DNA of 64,000 nucleotides from Flavobacteriaceae bacterium (GCA_030835325.1 JAURPF010000160.1:45024-109023); one strand, 5' to 3'. Shown: positions 30,430-41,214, counted from the first letter of the stretch. The notes: generated by a model from the letters alone, not told the origin. Numbers and translations are program-made.

Positions 30430-30971
30430 TTAAAGTTTCTAATTAAACAAAGCTACTCTTTTAATCTAAGCAAGAGCCATTACTTTTTTTACTTTATTCA
30501 CATTTAATATAATCATATTAATTTTTTATTAATTTTTCAAAAAACAAATGCTGCTTATTATTGTTTGTTAATAGGTACTATAAGTTTCGTTTAAAAATGT
30601 TGTTATTTATCTTATTTACATTTTATAAACATCTATTAAACAATTTATTTTTTTGTAGTAAATTGATTTTCAATATTATATAGTTTTTAGTGTTCTTTGT
30701 TAATAATATATATTAAAAAAAAATATTCATAAAAAACCAATAATTTTTTGTTTATAAATAGGGATTTAATTTTAATAAGTCAAGAATGAAAAAATAATAA
30801 TTTTTTTCGTTTTCTAATTTTTTTTTCCCCTTGAAAAAATTAATTGATAAATAAAAATTTAGTTTTCAGAATCGTTTATTAATTATTAACAACTAATTAA
30901 AAAGGCTATAAACAATATAATTTAAGTACCACTCTTTTTTGTAAATTTACTAATAATTAAAGTTACACCAA
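30430..30971. other. Candidate chromosomal replication origin (oriC)
   Basis: Very AT-rich ORF-free spacer with DnaA-box-like 9-mers: TTATTCACA 30494, TGTTAATAG 30566, TTATTTACA 30612, TTATAAACA 30623, TGTTAATAA 30698, TGTTTATAA 30749, TTATTAACA 30883, CTATAAACA 30906. parS sites lie about 20 kb away. Confidence 0.6.
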
Positions 30972-31403
30972 ATGAACATATCAATAGGAAACGACCACGC
31001 TGGAACAGCTTATAAATTTAGAATCGTAGAATTTCTAAAATCAAAAAATATAGATGTTATTAATTATGGAACAGATACAGACTCCAGTGTTGATTATCCT
31101 GATTTTGTACATCCTGTTGCTAAAGATGTAGAATCTAAAAAATCAACTTACGGGATTCTTATTTGTGGAAGTGCTAATGGAGTTGCAATGACTGCTAATA
31201 AGTATGCTAATATTAGAGCAGGGATTTGCTGGACAAACGAAATTGTTTCTTTGATACGTCTTCATAACAACGCTAACATACTTTGTATTCCAGCACGCTT
31301 CACTGAAATAGAGGATGTTTTAGAAATGGTTGATACTTTTTTAAATACAGAATTTGAGGGAGGGCGTCATCAGAACAGAATAAATAAAATACAACCTTGC
31401 TAA
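30972..31403 (+). CDS. rpiB: Ribose-5-phosphate isomerase B
   Basis: GNDHAG, VDYPDF, ICGSANG, HNNAN, FEGGRH. Confidence 0.96.
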   Translation: MNISIGNDHAGTAYKFRIVEFLKSKNIDVINYGTDTDSSVDYPDFVHPVAKDVESKKSTYGILICGSANGVAMTANKYANIRAGICWTNEIVSLIRLHNNANILCIPARFTEIEDVLEMVDTFLNTEFEGGRHQNRINKIQPC

Positions 31404-31427
31404 TATATAATTATTCATAATTAATTT

Positions 31428-31871
31428 ATGTTAGATATTTATGTAAAAACATTTAATCAGCTGTCTCTAGATGAACTTTACTATTTGTTTCAGTTACGGA
31501 GTCAAGTTTTTGTGGTAGAGCAAGATTGTGTCTATCAAGATATCGATGGGAAGGATAAAAAAGCGTTGCATGTTATCGGAAAAAAAGACAATACTATTAT
31601 CGCATATTCTCGCATTTTCAAACCTGGCGATTATTTTAAAGAAGCGAGTATTGGTCGTGTTGTAGTTGCAGAAAATTTTCGCCATTTAAAATATGGTCAC
31701 CAACTCATGGTTGCTTCTATAGAGGCAGTTGAAGCCTCTTTTTCTTCCAAAAAAATAAAGATTTCTGCTCAAAAATACTTAGAAAATTTTTATAATAATT
31801 TAGGATTTATAACGAGTGGTGAACCTTATTTAGAAGATGGAATTCCACATATAGCAATGATAAAAAATTAA
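31428..31871 (+). CDS. elaA: GNAT N-acetyltransferase (ElaA-like)
   Basis: LRSQVFVVEQ.C.YQD.D, IGRVV, SAQ.YL..FY, EDGIPH. Confidence 0.88.
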   Translation: MLDIYVKTFNQLSLDELYYLFQLRSQVFVVEQDCVYQDIDGKDKKALHVIGKKDNTIIAYSRIFKPGDYFKEASIGRVVVAENFRHLKYGHQLMVASIEAVEASFSSKKIKISAQKYLENFYNNLGFITSGEPYLEDGIPHIAMIKN

Positions 31872-32695
31872 TCTTTATTCGATATAGAAGTTATTTTAAT
31901 CTCTACCCTTCTGTCATACTTCGTTTCTTTTCCTAATGGATATTTATTTTTTAAACCAACATAACGCATCCTTGTTCTTTTAATGCCTTTATTTATCATG
32001 TAATCATAGATATATTTTGCTCTTGCTAGTGATAAATTACGTTTTCCTGTTCCTTTATCCACTGCGTCCCTTTCGTTTCTAGTACAACATACATGCCCTT
32101 GAATTGTAAAATGGATGTCGTCTCTTTCACGCAAAGCCTCTGCGATCTTTTCTAAGACAGGTAAAGATTCCTTTACCACATAACTGTATCCTGTTTTAAA
32201 TAAAATATTATCAAGTGTTATTTTATCACCAACCTTTAATCCTTCTTTTAAGAAAGGTGGTTTTTTTTCTTTTTTAATAGGCTCTTTTAAATCTTTTTTA
32301 TAGACCACATTAATCTCAACTTTTCGGTTCAATCCGCGTATTATATTTATATTATCTGAAGAAACCACTCGCAACAACACCTCACCTTTCCCGTCCACAT
32401 TACTAATAAGATTGTCATCCACACCAAACCCAGAAAATATTTTTTTAATTGCATCCGCTCTGTTTTGAGACAATGTTAAATTATAAGAATCAGTCCCTCG
32501 ATCATCACAAAACCCATAAATAGCAATCCGCTCTATTTCAATATCTTTTAAGCTCTGAATAAACAACACCAGGCGGTTTTTTTCTATTTCAGGAACATTA
32601 AATAAACCCGTTTCAAAATAGACCACGTGCGTATTGTCCGTCTGTGCATGTGTCATGTTCATTAATAAAAACACTAAAAAGAGTATTTTTTTCAT
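31868..32695 (-). CDS. OmpA family protein with two OmpA-like domains
   Basis: GFCDDRG...YN..LS..RA...NRKVE, then a second domain IQGHVCC...LS.ARA...DRRVE. Confidence 0.85.
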   Translation of the reverse strand: MKKILFLVFLLMNMTHAQTDNTHVVYFETGLFNVPEIEKNRLVLFIQSLKDIEIERIAIYGFCDDRGTDSYNLTLSQNRADAIKKIFSGFGVDDNLISNVDGKGEVLLRVVSSDNINIIRGLNRKVEINVVYKKDLKEPIKKEKKPPFLKEGLKVGDKITLDNILFKTGYSYVVKESLPVLEKIAEALRERDDIHFTIQGHVCCTRNERDAVDKGTGKRNLSLARAKYIYDYMINKGIKRTRMRYVGLKNKYPLGKETKYDRRVEIKITSISNKD

Positions 32696-32727
32696 CTCAT
32701 TTATTTTATTGATACAATTGCATTTAC

Positions 32728-34359
32728 CTACTTTAATATAGTGTTATAAGCATTATTATCGTTTATAATTTCTTGTGCCTTAAACACATCTTTGTTTGTG
32801 GCAAGAAAATATGCATACATTCCTTCTCTGTAAAAATAACGTTTTATTATTTCCCCCTCCAAAACAGAGCGAATTTCAGGTTCAAAATCTTCTATTAATT
32901 TTAATTTTGATGTACGAATCGCTATTTCTAAATCCTCAAAACTCTCCTCCATAGCTCCCAAACCACCTTCTTGAAACGCTTTTTTTAATTGATTTAGGTT
33001 TTCTTGAGTTTCACCGATTGTACTGTATTTTTCCTCCAAACACATACTTTTAAAACGCTCAAAATCTTTTTTATTTAATTGAAAAGATTCTAAATAATCA
33101 ACATCATTGTTGTGATAAAATGCATTGGAATAATCAAACACCAACGAACTTTTTAAGAGTGTTTCTATAAATTTATTTGGCTTATCATTACCAATAATCA
33201 CATCTGGATTAACTCCTCCACCATCATACACTGTTCTCCCATTTTTTGTTTTAAAAGCTGTATATTGATCTTCTTTAAATCGATTTGCCGCTCCGTCTTT
33301 CTTTCGATTTCTATAATCGAGTGCTTGAATACAACGCCCTGATGGAGTATAATAATGTGAGATCGTTACTTTTAATTGCGATCCGTAAGGCAAAGGCTTA
33401 GGTCTTTGAACCAACCCTTTTCCAAAACTTCTTTGACCCACAATAACTGCACGGTCTAAATCTTGAAGAGCCCCTGCTACAATTTCACTTGCTGATGCAC
33501 TGTTTTGGTTTATCAAAACAACCAATGGTATATCCAAACTCAACGGTTGTTTCTGGGTTTTAAATACTTGGTTATAAGCTTCTACTTTTGACTTTGTAGA
33601 AACAACAAGTTGTCCTTTAGGGACAAATAAGTTTACTATTTTTACTGCTTCTTGAAGTAAGCCCCCTGGATTATTTCTTAAATCTAAAATAATGCCTTTT
33701 GCCTCATCTACGAGCATTAGTTTTAACGCGTTTTCTACTTCTGCTGAAGCTGTTTTTGAAAACTGATCTAATGCAATATAACCAATACCATTTGTTAGTA
33801 GTTTATATATTGGAACCGCTTTTGGTTTTACGTCTGCTCTTGCCACCGACACTTCTGTTTTTCTCCCATTTCTTTGGTAAACAAGTTTGACGGTTGTGTT
33901 TTTTTTACCATTCAAAAATTGTGTTGCACCTCCCTCCAAATCACTAACCTCGAGCCCATCAATTTTAATAATTTCATCTCCTGATTTTAAGCCCACCTTA
34001 TCTGCGGGTAAATCCTTAAAAACTTCTACAACTACTAATTTATTTTTAGATGCGTTGATAGTTGCGCCAATTCCAACATAAGTTCTCGACTGATTGATAC
34101 GAGCTTTTTCAACGTCCTGTTCGGTCATATAGGTGGTATAGGGGTCTAATTCTTTTAACATCTGCGTGACACTCTCTTGCATTAAATCAGCAGGGTTTGT
34201 TTCATCCACATAATTCATGTTGACTTCCTTAAAAAGTGACGTAAAAATATCCAGCTGTTTTGCAATTTCAAAATAATCGTTTTTATGAGCAGTGGTCGCT
34301 ATAAAAACCAACCCGATAATTCCCACAAACACCCCTCTTCTTTTAAAATCAAACTTCAT
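32728..34359 (-). CDS. S41 family C-terminal processing peptidase
   Basis: LDPYT, PDZ domain, DLRNNPGG, SASASEI, FGKGLVQ. Confidence 0.93.
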   Translation of the reverse strand: MKFDFKRRGVFVGIIGLVFIATTAHKNDYFEIAKQLDIFTSLFKEVNMNYVDETNPADLMQESVTQMLKELDPYTTYMTEQDVEKARINQSRTYVGIGATINASKNKLVVVEVFKDLPADKVGLKSGDEIIKIDGLEVSDLEGGATQFLNGKKNTTVKLVYQRNGRKTEVSVARADVKPKAVPIYKLLTNGIGYIALDQFSKTASAEVENALKLMLVDEAKGIILDLRNNPGGLLQEAVKIVNLFVPKGQLVVSTKSKVEAYNQVFKTQKQPLSLDIPLVVLINQNSASASEIVAGALQDLDRAVIVGQRSFGKGLVQRPKPLPYGSQLKVTISHYYTPSGRCIQALDYRNRKKDGAANRFKEDQYTAFKTKNGRTVYDGGGVNPDVIIGNDKPNKFIETLLKSSLVFDYSNAFYHNNDVDYLESFQLNKKDFERFKSMCLEEKYSTIGETQENLNQLKKAFQEGGLGAMEESFEDLEIAIRTSKLKLIEDFEPEIRSVLEGEIIKRYFYREGMYAYFLATNKDVFKAQEIINDNNAYNTILK

Positions 34360-34696
34360 ACTTCTCTTTTTTATTAAAACGTTTTATCAGCATCTCAAAT
34401 TGTTCATTTAATTGAGGAGATTCGGGCATTTCTTTGCCAATATACAAGACCATAAAACAGAATTTTGAGTCCAATTTTTCCAACACAACCGAAAGTTGTT
34501 TATCTACAGTTACCCTCAAAAGACGCTTGATTCGGTTACGATCCACAGCTCTTTTAAAATGTTTTTTACTCACAGAGACTCCTACCAAATGTTTGTCCAC
34601 TCCCTTTAAATAGACCATTCTTAAAGGAAAAGCACCGACCGAAGCCCCAGCCATGAATAACTGATCTATTTGTTTTTTTCCTTTTAAACGCTCCAT
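34349..34696 (-). CDS. rnpA: Ribonuclease P protein component
   Basis: ERLK...I..LF and SVSKKHFKRAVDRNRIKR (RNR motif). ATG at 34696 is the likely start. Confidence 0.9.
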   Translation of the reverse strand: MERLKGKKQIDQLFMAGASVGAFPLRMVYLKGVDKHLVGVSVSKKHFKRAVDRNRIKRLLRVTVDKQLSVVLEKLDSKFCFMVLYIGKEMPESPQLNEQFEMLIKRFNKKEKYEV

Positions 34697-34700
34697 TGTA

Positions 34701-36527
34701 TTATAAAATTTTAAGCTGATTATTTTCTTTATTAATATCTGCTGTTTCTTTGTTAACATCTATTGTAATAGACTCAATCATTGCTGGATTTACTTCCACA
34801 GAAAAACGGTATTCTGGATACGCCCACGCCCAGTCTTCTAGTAACGTTTCACCTTTTCGAAGCGGTCTTTCACCTCGCATCATCTGTAAAGGAATGTAAT
34901 ATTCTTTCTTTTGTCCATCTTTCATAAGCACTTGAACCTCAACAGGCATTGGCATTAATCCAATACGTTCCAATGTAATAACTGTTTGACCTTCTAAACC
35001 AACAGCGTTTTTTACACCATAATCGATTGTGTTTGTGGTTTGTGTCCAATCGGTTAAAAACCACTCTAATTCCAATTCAGATGTTTTTTCTGCACAACGT
35101 ATAAAGTCATTTGGTGTAGGGTGTTTAAAGGCCCAGTCTTTAAAATATTTTTTTAATGTTTTCCAAAAATTATCTTCACCAATAATATACCGTAACTGAG
35201 CCAACACCAACGCCCCTTTGCTGTAAGTGGAAACACTATAAGATGAGTTATACACATAACGATCTGCATGGGTGCTCATAGGCTGTTCTTTTCCGCTGAG
35301 TGCGAGCTTGAAATAGCGATTAAAATGACGCTTCATAGGCTCAGAGGTTTCTACTCCAAGAATGGTGTTTTCAATAAGCGTACAGGTATATTCTGCAAAA
35401 CCCTCATCGAGCCAAGGGTGTTTACTTTCGTTAGACGCCATCAAAAACTGAAACCAAGTGTGGCCTATTTCATGCGCGGTTACGCCCAACAAACCCTCAA
35501 AACTACGCTCCCCTGTAATCAGTGTGCACATGCCATATTCCATACCACCGTCTCCACCTTGAATTATCGAGTATTGTTCGTAGGGATATTTTCCTATGTT
35601 TTTGCTGTAGTATTGAATTATTTCACTTGCAGGGGTCTTTAGGTCTTTCCAATGTTTTTTGTATTTACGCTTTAAAGAGTTTTTATATAAAAAATGCAAC
35701 ATCGGCCCGTCAGGAACTTGTAAGGTGTCGTGAATAAAATTAGGATCCGCTGCCCATGTAAAATCATGAACGTTCGGAGCAACAAAATGCCACGTTAACA
35801 AATCGGATTCATTTTTTGTTTCTTTGATTCCATAGCCATGCCCAATTTCGTTAGGGTTTTGTAAGTACCCTGTACCGCCTACTGTATAGTTTTTATCGAG
35901 CGTTAATTTCACATCAAAATTCCCCCACACACCATGAAATTCTCTGCTAATATAAGGGTCTGCATGCCACCCTTCAAAATCATATTCTGCCATTTTCGGG
36001 TACCATTGCGCCATAGAAAGTGCCACTCCCTCACTGCTGTTTTTCCCCGCTCTACGAATCACAGGCGGAACCTGCCCCTCAAAAGTCATTTCAAATGTAG
36101 CCGACTCTCCTGATTTGATAGGATTGTTTAATTGAACCTCAAGCACCGTTCCTGCCACAGTGTATTTTAAAGGGACTTTGTTCTGTGTTAAAGAAACAAT
36201 GTTTAGAAAGCCAAAATCGTCTTTTTGAAGCTTACTAATTCGATCTCCGACCCTAGAGTCTGCATCTGCAATCGTAATGGAGCGCACGTCCATTTCACTT
36301 CCAGGTTGAAACGCATTGTAAAATAAATGAAAAAAAACCTGATCCAATTCATCTGGAGAGTTGTTGGTATAAATTAATTTTTGTGTCCCACCATAGTTGA
36401 ATGTATTCACATCCATTTTTACATCCATCGTGTAATCCACGTGTTGTTGCCAGTACTCAAAATTGTTTTGACTGTATAAGGAGGTTAATCCCATCCAAAA
36501 TGCGAGTATATAAGAAGTATGTTTCAT
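34701..36527 (-). CDS. M1 family zinc aminopeptidase
   Basis: GGMEY and HEIGHTWF...WLDEG (HEXXH-18-E); signal peptide. Confidence 0.92.
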   Translation of the reverse strand: MKHTSYILAFWMGLTSLYSQNNFEYWQQHVDYTMDVKMDVNTFNYGGTQKLIYTNNSPDELDQVFFHLFYNAFQPGSEMDVRSITIADADSRVGDRISKLQKDDFGFLNIVSLTQNKVPLKYTVAGTVLEVQLNNPIKSGESATFEMTFEGQVPPVIRRAGKNSSEGVALSMAQWYPKMAEYDFEGWHADPYISREFHGVWGNFDVKLTLDKNYTVGGTGYLQNPNEIGHGYGIKETKNESDLLTWHFVAPNVHDFTWAADPNFIHDTLQVPDGPMLHFLYKNSLKRKYKKHWKDLKTPASEIIQYYSKNIGKYPYEQYSIIQGGDGGMEYGMCTLITGERSFEGLLGVTAHEIGHTWFQFLMASNESKHPWLDEGFAEYTCTLIENTILGVETSEPMKRHFNRYFKLALSGKEQPMSTHADRYVYNSSYSVSTYSKGALVLAQLRYIIGEDNFWKTLKKYFKDWAFKHPTPNDFIRCAEKTSELELEWFLTDWTQTTNTIDYGVKNAVGLEGQTVITLERIGLMPMPVEVQVLMKDGQKKEYYIPLQMMRGERPLRKGETLLEDWAWAYPEYRFSVEVNPAMIESITIDVNKETADINKENNQLKIL

Positions 36528-36538
36528 AATAGTTATAA

Positions 36539-38152
36539 TTATTTTGAAATTTTTGATGCCATTATTAATGCGTTATAAGCGTTCACAATTTTACCGGATT
36601 TAGACAGCTCTGAAAAAGGAACAATCGCACCATTTTCCAAAACAACTTTTTTGTCAATAGCAATTCCTGATGTCATTAATATGTTTTTTACTTGTGCTGC
36701 ACTAAGGTTCGGATATTGAGAGAATATCAAAGCAGCAACGCCTGTGACTAAAGGAGCTGCCATAGAGGTGCCACTTGCAAATTCGTAATCATTTTTTGGG
36801 TATGTTGAGTATATTTGAGAACCCGGAGCAAAAACATCTACGGTATTTTTCCCGTAATTTGAGTAGCCTGCAACCAAAGTTGAGCCGTATTTCGGTCCAA
36901 TTGCTCCCACCTTCACAAACGTATTTGAAACTTCAACACCATTATTTATTTGATCATTTGGAAAGTAGTTTATCTCATCGGTGTTTTTACCATCATTTCC
37001 AGCCGCGGCTACAATCAACACATCTTTTTTGGCCGCATAAGCAATAGCGTCTCTTACCCAATCACTGTGTGGTGAAAATTGTTTTCCAAAACTCATGTTA
37101 ATCACTTTTGCGCCGTTATCAACAGCGTAATATACTCCCAAAGCTACATCTTTATCGTATTCGTCACCGCTTGGGGTATTACGTATTGCCATTATTTTAA
37201 TGTTGTTAGCAGCACCATCTATTCCAATACCATTGTTGCGTTTTGCGGCGATTATTCCAGAAACATGGGTTCCGTGGGTACGTCCATTTTTTGCTCTGAC
37301 ATCCCCATTCCCATAGTTGCGGTCACTCAAATCGTCTGGGTTATCTCCAACAACTTTTCTTCCATCAAAATCGATGTTTAGATTGTAGTCTAAACGCTCG
37401 TTAATAGTTTTTAAATCGGAGCTTAAATCCTTTATACACGCTTCGATTGTTTCAAACCCGAATCCGTAAGCCTGCTTAATGATGTTGACATGTTTAATTA
37501 ACTCAAAGTCGGGAGTAATAATACCATCTACTTCTTCTTTGGTATAAACAGGTTTTTTTAGATACTTTGCAACTGCTGCATCGGCTGTTGTTAACTGCTC
37601 CAAAATTTCATCGTATTGTTTTTTCATACGACTGTTGCTCTCGTATTCTTCTGAGAGAAGTTTTTTGGCTTCCAAATAACGAGGGTTGCTTGAATCTCCA
37701 CTTGCAACCAATCGCACATATTCTAACTGTTCGTTGTTAGCTTCTCCCAAAAAGTTCCAACCATGCACGTCGTCAATGTATCCATTAGCGTCGTCGTCTT
37801 TTCCATTGTTTGGAATTTCATCAGAATTCACCCAAATACATCCTTTAAGATCTTCGTGATCAATGTCAATTCCAGAATCAATAACAGCTACAATAATCGT
37901 TTTACTTTTTGGTTTTACCAGCTCTTTATAAGCTCTTTCCAGGCTAACCCCAGGAATCGTATCTGTTTTGAGGTCTAAATGACTCCATTCTTTTTCTTCT
38001 GGCTCCGTAAGTTTTTCTACTTTAAGGGGTATCTGGTCAACGTTTTCAATAGGGGTTGATAAGATTTCAGACCTGTATCCACAACTCAGAAAGAAGAATA
38101 GCAGTAGAAAATAAAAGATGTTTCGAAGTCGATTGTGAAGTTTTTTTTTCAT
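36539..38152 (-). CDS. S8 subtilisin-like serine peptidase, probable lipoprotein
   Basis: Catalytic motifs VAVIDSG, HGTHVSG, AAGN, GTSMAAP; lipobox-like LSC. Confidence 0.92.
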   Translation of the reverse strand: MKKKLHNRLRNIFYFLLLFFFLSCGYRSEILSTPIENVDQIPLKVEKLTEPEEKEWSHLDLKTDTIPGVSLERAYKELVKPKSKTIIVAVIDSGIDIDHEDLKGCIWVNSDEIPNNGKDDDANGYIDDVHGWNFLGEANNEQLEYVRLVASGDSSNPRYLEAKKLLSEEYESNSRMKKQYDEILEQLTTADAAVAKYLKKPVYTKEEVDGIITPDFELIKHVNIIKQAYGFGFETIEACIKDLSSDLKTINERLDYNLNIDFDGRKVVGDNPDDLSDRNYGNGDVRAKNGRTHGTHVSGIIAAKRNNGIGIDGAANNIKIMAIRNTPSGDEYDKDVALGVYYAVDNGAKVINMSFGKQFSPHSDWVRDAIAYAAKKDVLIVAAAGNDGKNTDEINYFPNDQINNGVEVSNTFVKVGAIGPKYGSTLVAGYSNYGKNTVDVFAPGSQIYSTYPKNDYEFASGTSMAAPLVTGVAALIFSQYPNLSAAQVKNILMTSGIAIDKKVVLENGAIVPFSELSKSGKIVNAYNALIMASKISK

Positions 38153-38159
38153 TTTTAGG

Positions 38160-39017
38160 TTAAAATAGATTATTAAAATGATAAATATTATTGAGGCGCA
38201 CCCCTTTTTCGGTGTGCTTGACGGTAATTAATTCGTTATGAACGTCATGTTCCAAAAGTAAATAATAATTTTTATCTGCAGCCAGCTTTAAAAAACGTTC
38301 TTTCTCGTCTAAAGTAAGCAATGGTCTTGTATCGTATCCCATCACAAATGGCACAGAAATATGCCCAACTGTAGGTAATAAATCTGCCATAAAACAGATG
38401 GTTTTTCCTTTGTAGGAAATCATAGGAATCATTTGCTTGTCAGTATGTCCGTTTGCAAAAAACACATCAAACCCCAAGCTTGTGTTGTGTAATATATCTT
38501 TATTAGGAATAGGAATGTGTTTTAAACGTCCGCTCTCTTCAATAGGTATAATATTCTCGGCTAAAAAGGAAGCCCGTTCGCGTTTATTTGGGTTTGTTGC
38601 CCACTCCCAGTGATCTTTGTTACTCCAAAAAATAGCATTTTTAAAGGCAATTTCATAAGCTGTTTTGTCTGAATTCCATTGCACACAACCCCCACAGTGG
38701 TCAAAATGTAGGTGGGTCAAAAAAACATCTGTCACATCATCTCTACAAAATCCATGTGTTGCAAGCGCTCCATCTAATGAATCCGTTCCCCAACGGTAAT
38801 AGTAATTAAAAAAGCGTTCACTTTGTTTGGTTCCCATTCCGGTGTCAATCAACATTAAACGGTTACCGTCCTCTATCAATAAACAACGAGAAGCGATGTC
38901 AATCATATTGTTTTTGTCGGCAGGATTTGTTTTGTTCCAAATCGACTTAGGAACGACTCCAAACATTGCCCCTCCGTCTAATTTAAAATTACCAACATTG
39001 ATGGGGTATAGTTTCAT
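38160..39017 (-). CDS. MBL-fold metallo-hydrolase
   Basis: LDGGAMFGVVPK, IDTG, THLHFDH. Confidence 0.92.
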   Translation of the reverse strand: MKLYPINVGNFKLDGGAMFGVVPKSIWNKTNPADKNNMIDIASRCLLIEDGNRLMLIDTGMGTKQSERFFNYYYRWGTDSLDGALATHGFCRDDVTDVFLTHLHFDHCGGCVQWNSDKTAYEIAFKNAIFWSNKDHWEWATNPNKRERASFLAENIIPIEESGRLKHIPIPNKDILHNTSLGFDVFFANGHTDKQMIPMISYKGKTICFMADLLPTVGHISVPFVMGYDTRPLLTLDEKERFLKLAADKNYYLLLEHDVHNELITVKHTEKGVRLNNIYHFNNLF

Positions 39018-39018
39018 C

Positions 39019-41214
39019 TTATGATTTGTTTATGATTGCATTCAACCTGAACCCAAAATCTAATAACGCTTTTATTTCCTTTATGCTTGCGATGCGCTCT
39101 TTACTAAAAACCAACAACCCATCTTTACTAGACTCGATATGGTAATAGGCGTTGCTTTCAAAAAACAGCACAAGCTCATCTGTAAAAAACGCTCTGATAT
39201 CATGTTCATTTTCGCCTCTTAAATAAAACCGTTTTGAAAAATCTACATGGTTTTCAATATCAATATCTCTATAACCTGCTAATGCATACAGACGTTCTAA
39301 CAACCCTTCTCGATCTAGTTTAAACACAGGGACACTCGACGATGTTTTAATATAAAGCATGGTCGATCGGATCACTTCCTTGGCAATAAATTCTCCTTCG
39401 GAAAAGGTGATGTCAAATAAATGGCTGGGGCTATTTTTAGACGAAAGTTGATTAAAAACATGTTCAATTTTTTTAGTTTTAAAATAGATGAAGTTTTCTA
39501 AAAACACACTATTTTTATTTTTCAATGGGTCGTAGCTTAATTCAAAATCATTAGCGACCAGTTCAAGATTGTTTTGGCGTTTTGTTTTATTGTTTGGAAC
39601 AATGTTCTGTAGCGGTAACAGGCGTCTCAAAGCAAAAGGGTGTTCGGATTTTGTTCCTAAAATGTCCAACCCAATAACCTCAACATTTCCTCCTTTTTTA
39701 TGAAATAGTTCTTGATAATCATGGACATTTTCCATCACAGAATGGTCCACAAACCCACACAACGAAAAATCTAAAACAACATCGCTTTCTTCGGGAATTG
39801 CCTCTAACTTACTTTTCAGCATGTTGAAATTTAGAAAACTACAAAAATGTTTCACGCTAATAAAATAACCCCCATCTTCCTCTTTAAACATTAATACGTT
39901 AGGCTTAAGAATATTTTTAACAAATAAACTAAGGCTTTTTGTGACTACAATATGAATAATAAATGTGGTAATCAACCCCGCGAAAATACCCGTAATTAAC
40001 CCAATTTTAAGGGTTACAAACAGAGTAACAAAGAATATGATTAACTGCTCTTTACCGATCGTAAAAATCCGCCGCACAACATTTGGAGATGCTAGTTTAT
40101 ATCCTGTATATACCAATATTGCCATCAAGGCGGTCAGTGGTATTCGTGTTAGCTCTGTGCTAAAAAGAACAATAAACAACACCAAAAATAAGGCATGAAA
40201 CATGTTTGAAGATCTGTTGGTCCCCCCGTTATTGACATTTACGGAACTTCTTGCAATTACGGTCACAACATTTAACCCGCCCAAAAACCCACTGACTACA
40301 GTGGCAAGCCCAAGAGCCTTAATGTCTTTGTTTACGTTGGAGCGTCTTTTAAGAACGTCTAATTTATCAACAGCCTTAATGCTTAACAACGACTCAATAC
40401 TTGCAATTAAAGTCAGCGCGATTACGCTTGACCAAAACGGTAGCGTACCCACCACCTCAAAGTTTGGCGTTGGAATATCTGTTATTATTTCGTGAATATT
40501 TGGAATCCCAGGAATCATATAATCCCCACAAATGGGATTCGGGGTTTTCAATACGAATTCATGATAATAGCTAAATCCAACTGACACAATTACAATCCAC
40601 ATTGGCGCTGGAATAAGCTGAAGATACTTGTTTCGGATCTTTGAATAAAAGACCATAATAGCGAGACTTATAAGTCCAGCAACAGCTGCATAAATTAACC
40701 CATTATCTTGAAAATTAAGAACGCTAATTAAGGTGCTTGGTATTTCTAACAAGTATTCAATCCCATTGCCCCTAACAATTTTGTTTCCAAGCATAATATG
40801 GAATTGCTTTCCTAAAATAATAAGTCCAATTGCCGCTAACATTCCTTGAATTGCTGAGGACGGAAAATAGTCTGCCAATTTTCCCAACCTTAAAAACCCA
40901 AGGACAACCAAGAGAATTCCAGAGCAAATAATTGCCGCATAAGTTGCGGTAAGTCCAAGCGTTGTAATTGCTATTAAAACAACCCCTACAAGACCATTCC
41001 CTGGCCCAGAAATCGTCACAAAACTTCCTCCTAAAATTGAGACAATAATGCCCCCAACAATCGCCGTGATCACTCCAGCTATTGGAGGTGCTTCACTAGC
41101 CATTGCCAGTCCCAATCCTAAGGGAAGCGCAATAAGACTGACCACTAGCCCAGAAAAAAGGTTTTTAGGGATGGTTTTCATAAACCCAACAAATGAAGGT
41201 TCTTTTGTTCTCAT
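39019..41214 (-). CDS. SulP family transporter with STAS domain and an extra C-terminal domain
   Basis: GLVVSLIALPLGLG, ISGP, VIARSSVN, and STAS motif FVDHSVME. Confidence 0.9.
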   Translation of the reverse strand: MRTKEPSFVGFMKTIPKNLFSGLVVSLIALPLGLGLAMASEAPPIAGVITAIVGGIIVSILGGSFVTISGPGNGLVGVVLIAITTLGLTATYAAIICSGILLVVLGFLRLGKLADYFPSSAIQGMLAAIGLIILGKQFHIMLGNKIVRGNGIEYLLEIPSTLISVLNFQDNGLIYAAVAGLISLAIMVFYSKIRNKYLQLIPAPMWIVIVSVGFSYYHEFVLKTPNPICGDYMIPGIPNIHEIITDIPTPNFEVVGTLPFWSSVIALTLIASIESLLSIKAVDKLDVLKRRSNVNKDIKALGLATVVSGFLGGLNVVTVIARSSVNVNNGGTNRSSNMFHALFLVLFIVLFSTELTRIPLTALMAILVYTGYKLASPNVVRRIFTIGKEQLIIFFVTLFVTLKIGLITGIFAGLITTFIIHIVVTKSLSLFVKNILKPNVLMFKEEDGGYFISVKHFCSFLNFNMLKSKLEAIPEESDVVLDFSLCGFVDHSVMENVHDYQELFHKKGGNVEVIGLDILGTKSEHPFALRRLLPLQNIVPNNKTKRQNNLELVANDFELSYDPLKNKNSVFLENFIYFKTKKIEHVFNQLSSKNSPSHLFDITFSEGEFIAKEVIRSTMLYIKTSSSVPVFKLDREGLLERLYALAGYRDIDIENHVDFSKRFYLRGENEHDIRAFFTDELVLFFESNAYYHIESSKDGLLVFSKERIASIKEIKALLDFGFRLNAIINKS

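Noticed and set aside
31410-31436. dif-like sequence ATTATTCATAA-TTAAT-TTATGTTAGAT
   Set aside because: The spacer is 5 bp instead of 6, it overlaps the elaA start codon in very AT-rich DNA, and the parS/oriC signals argue against a terminus here.
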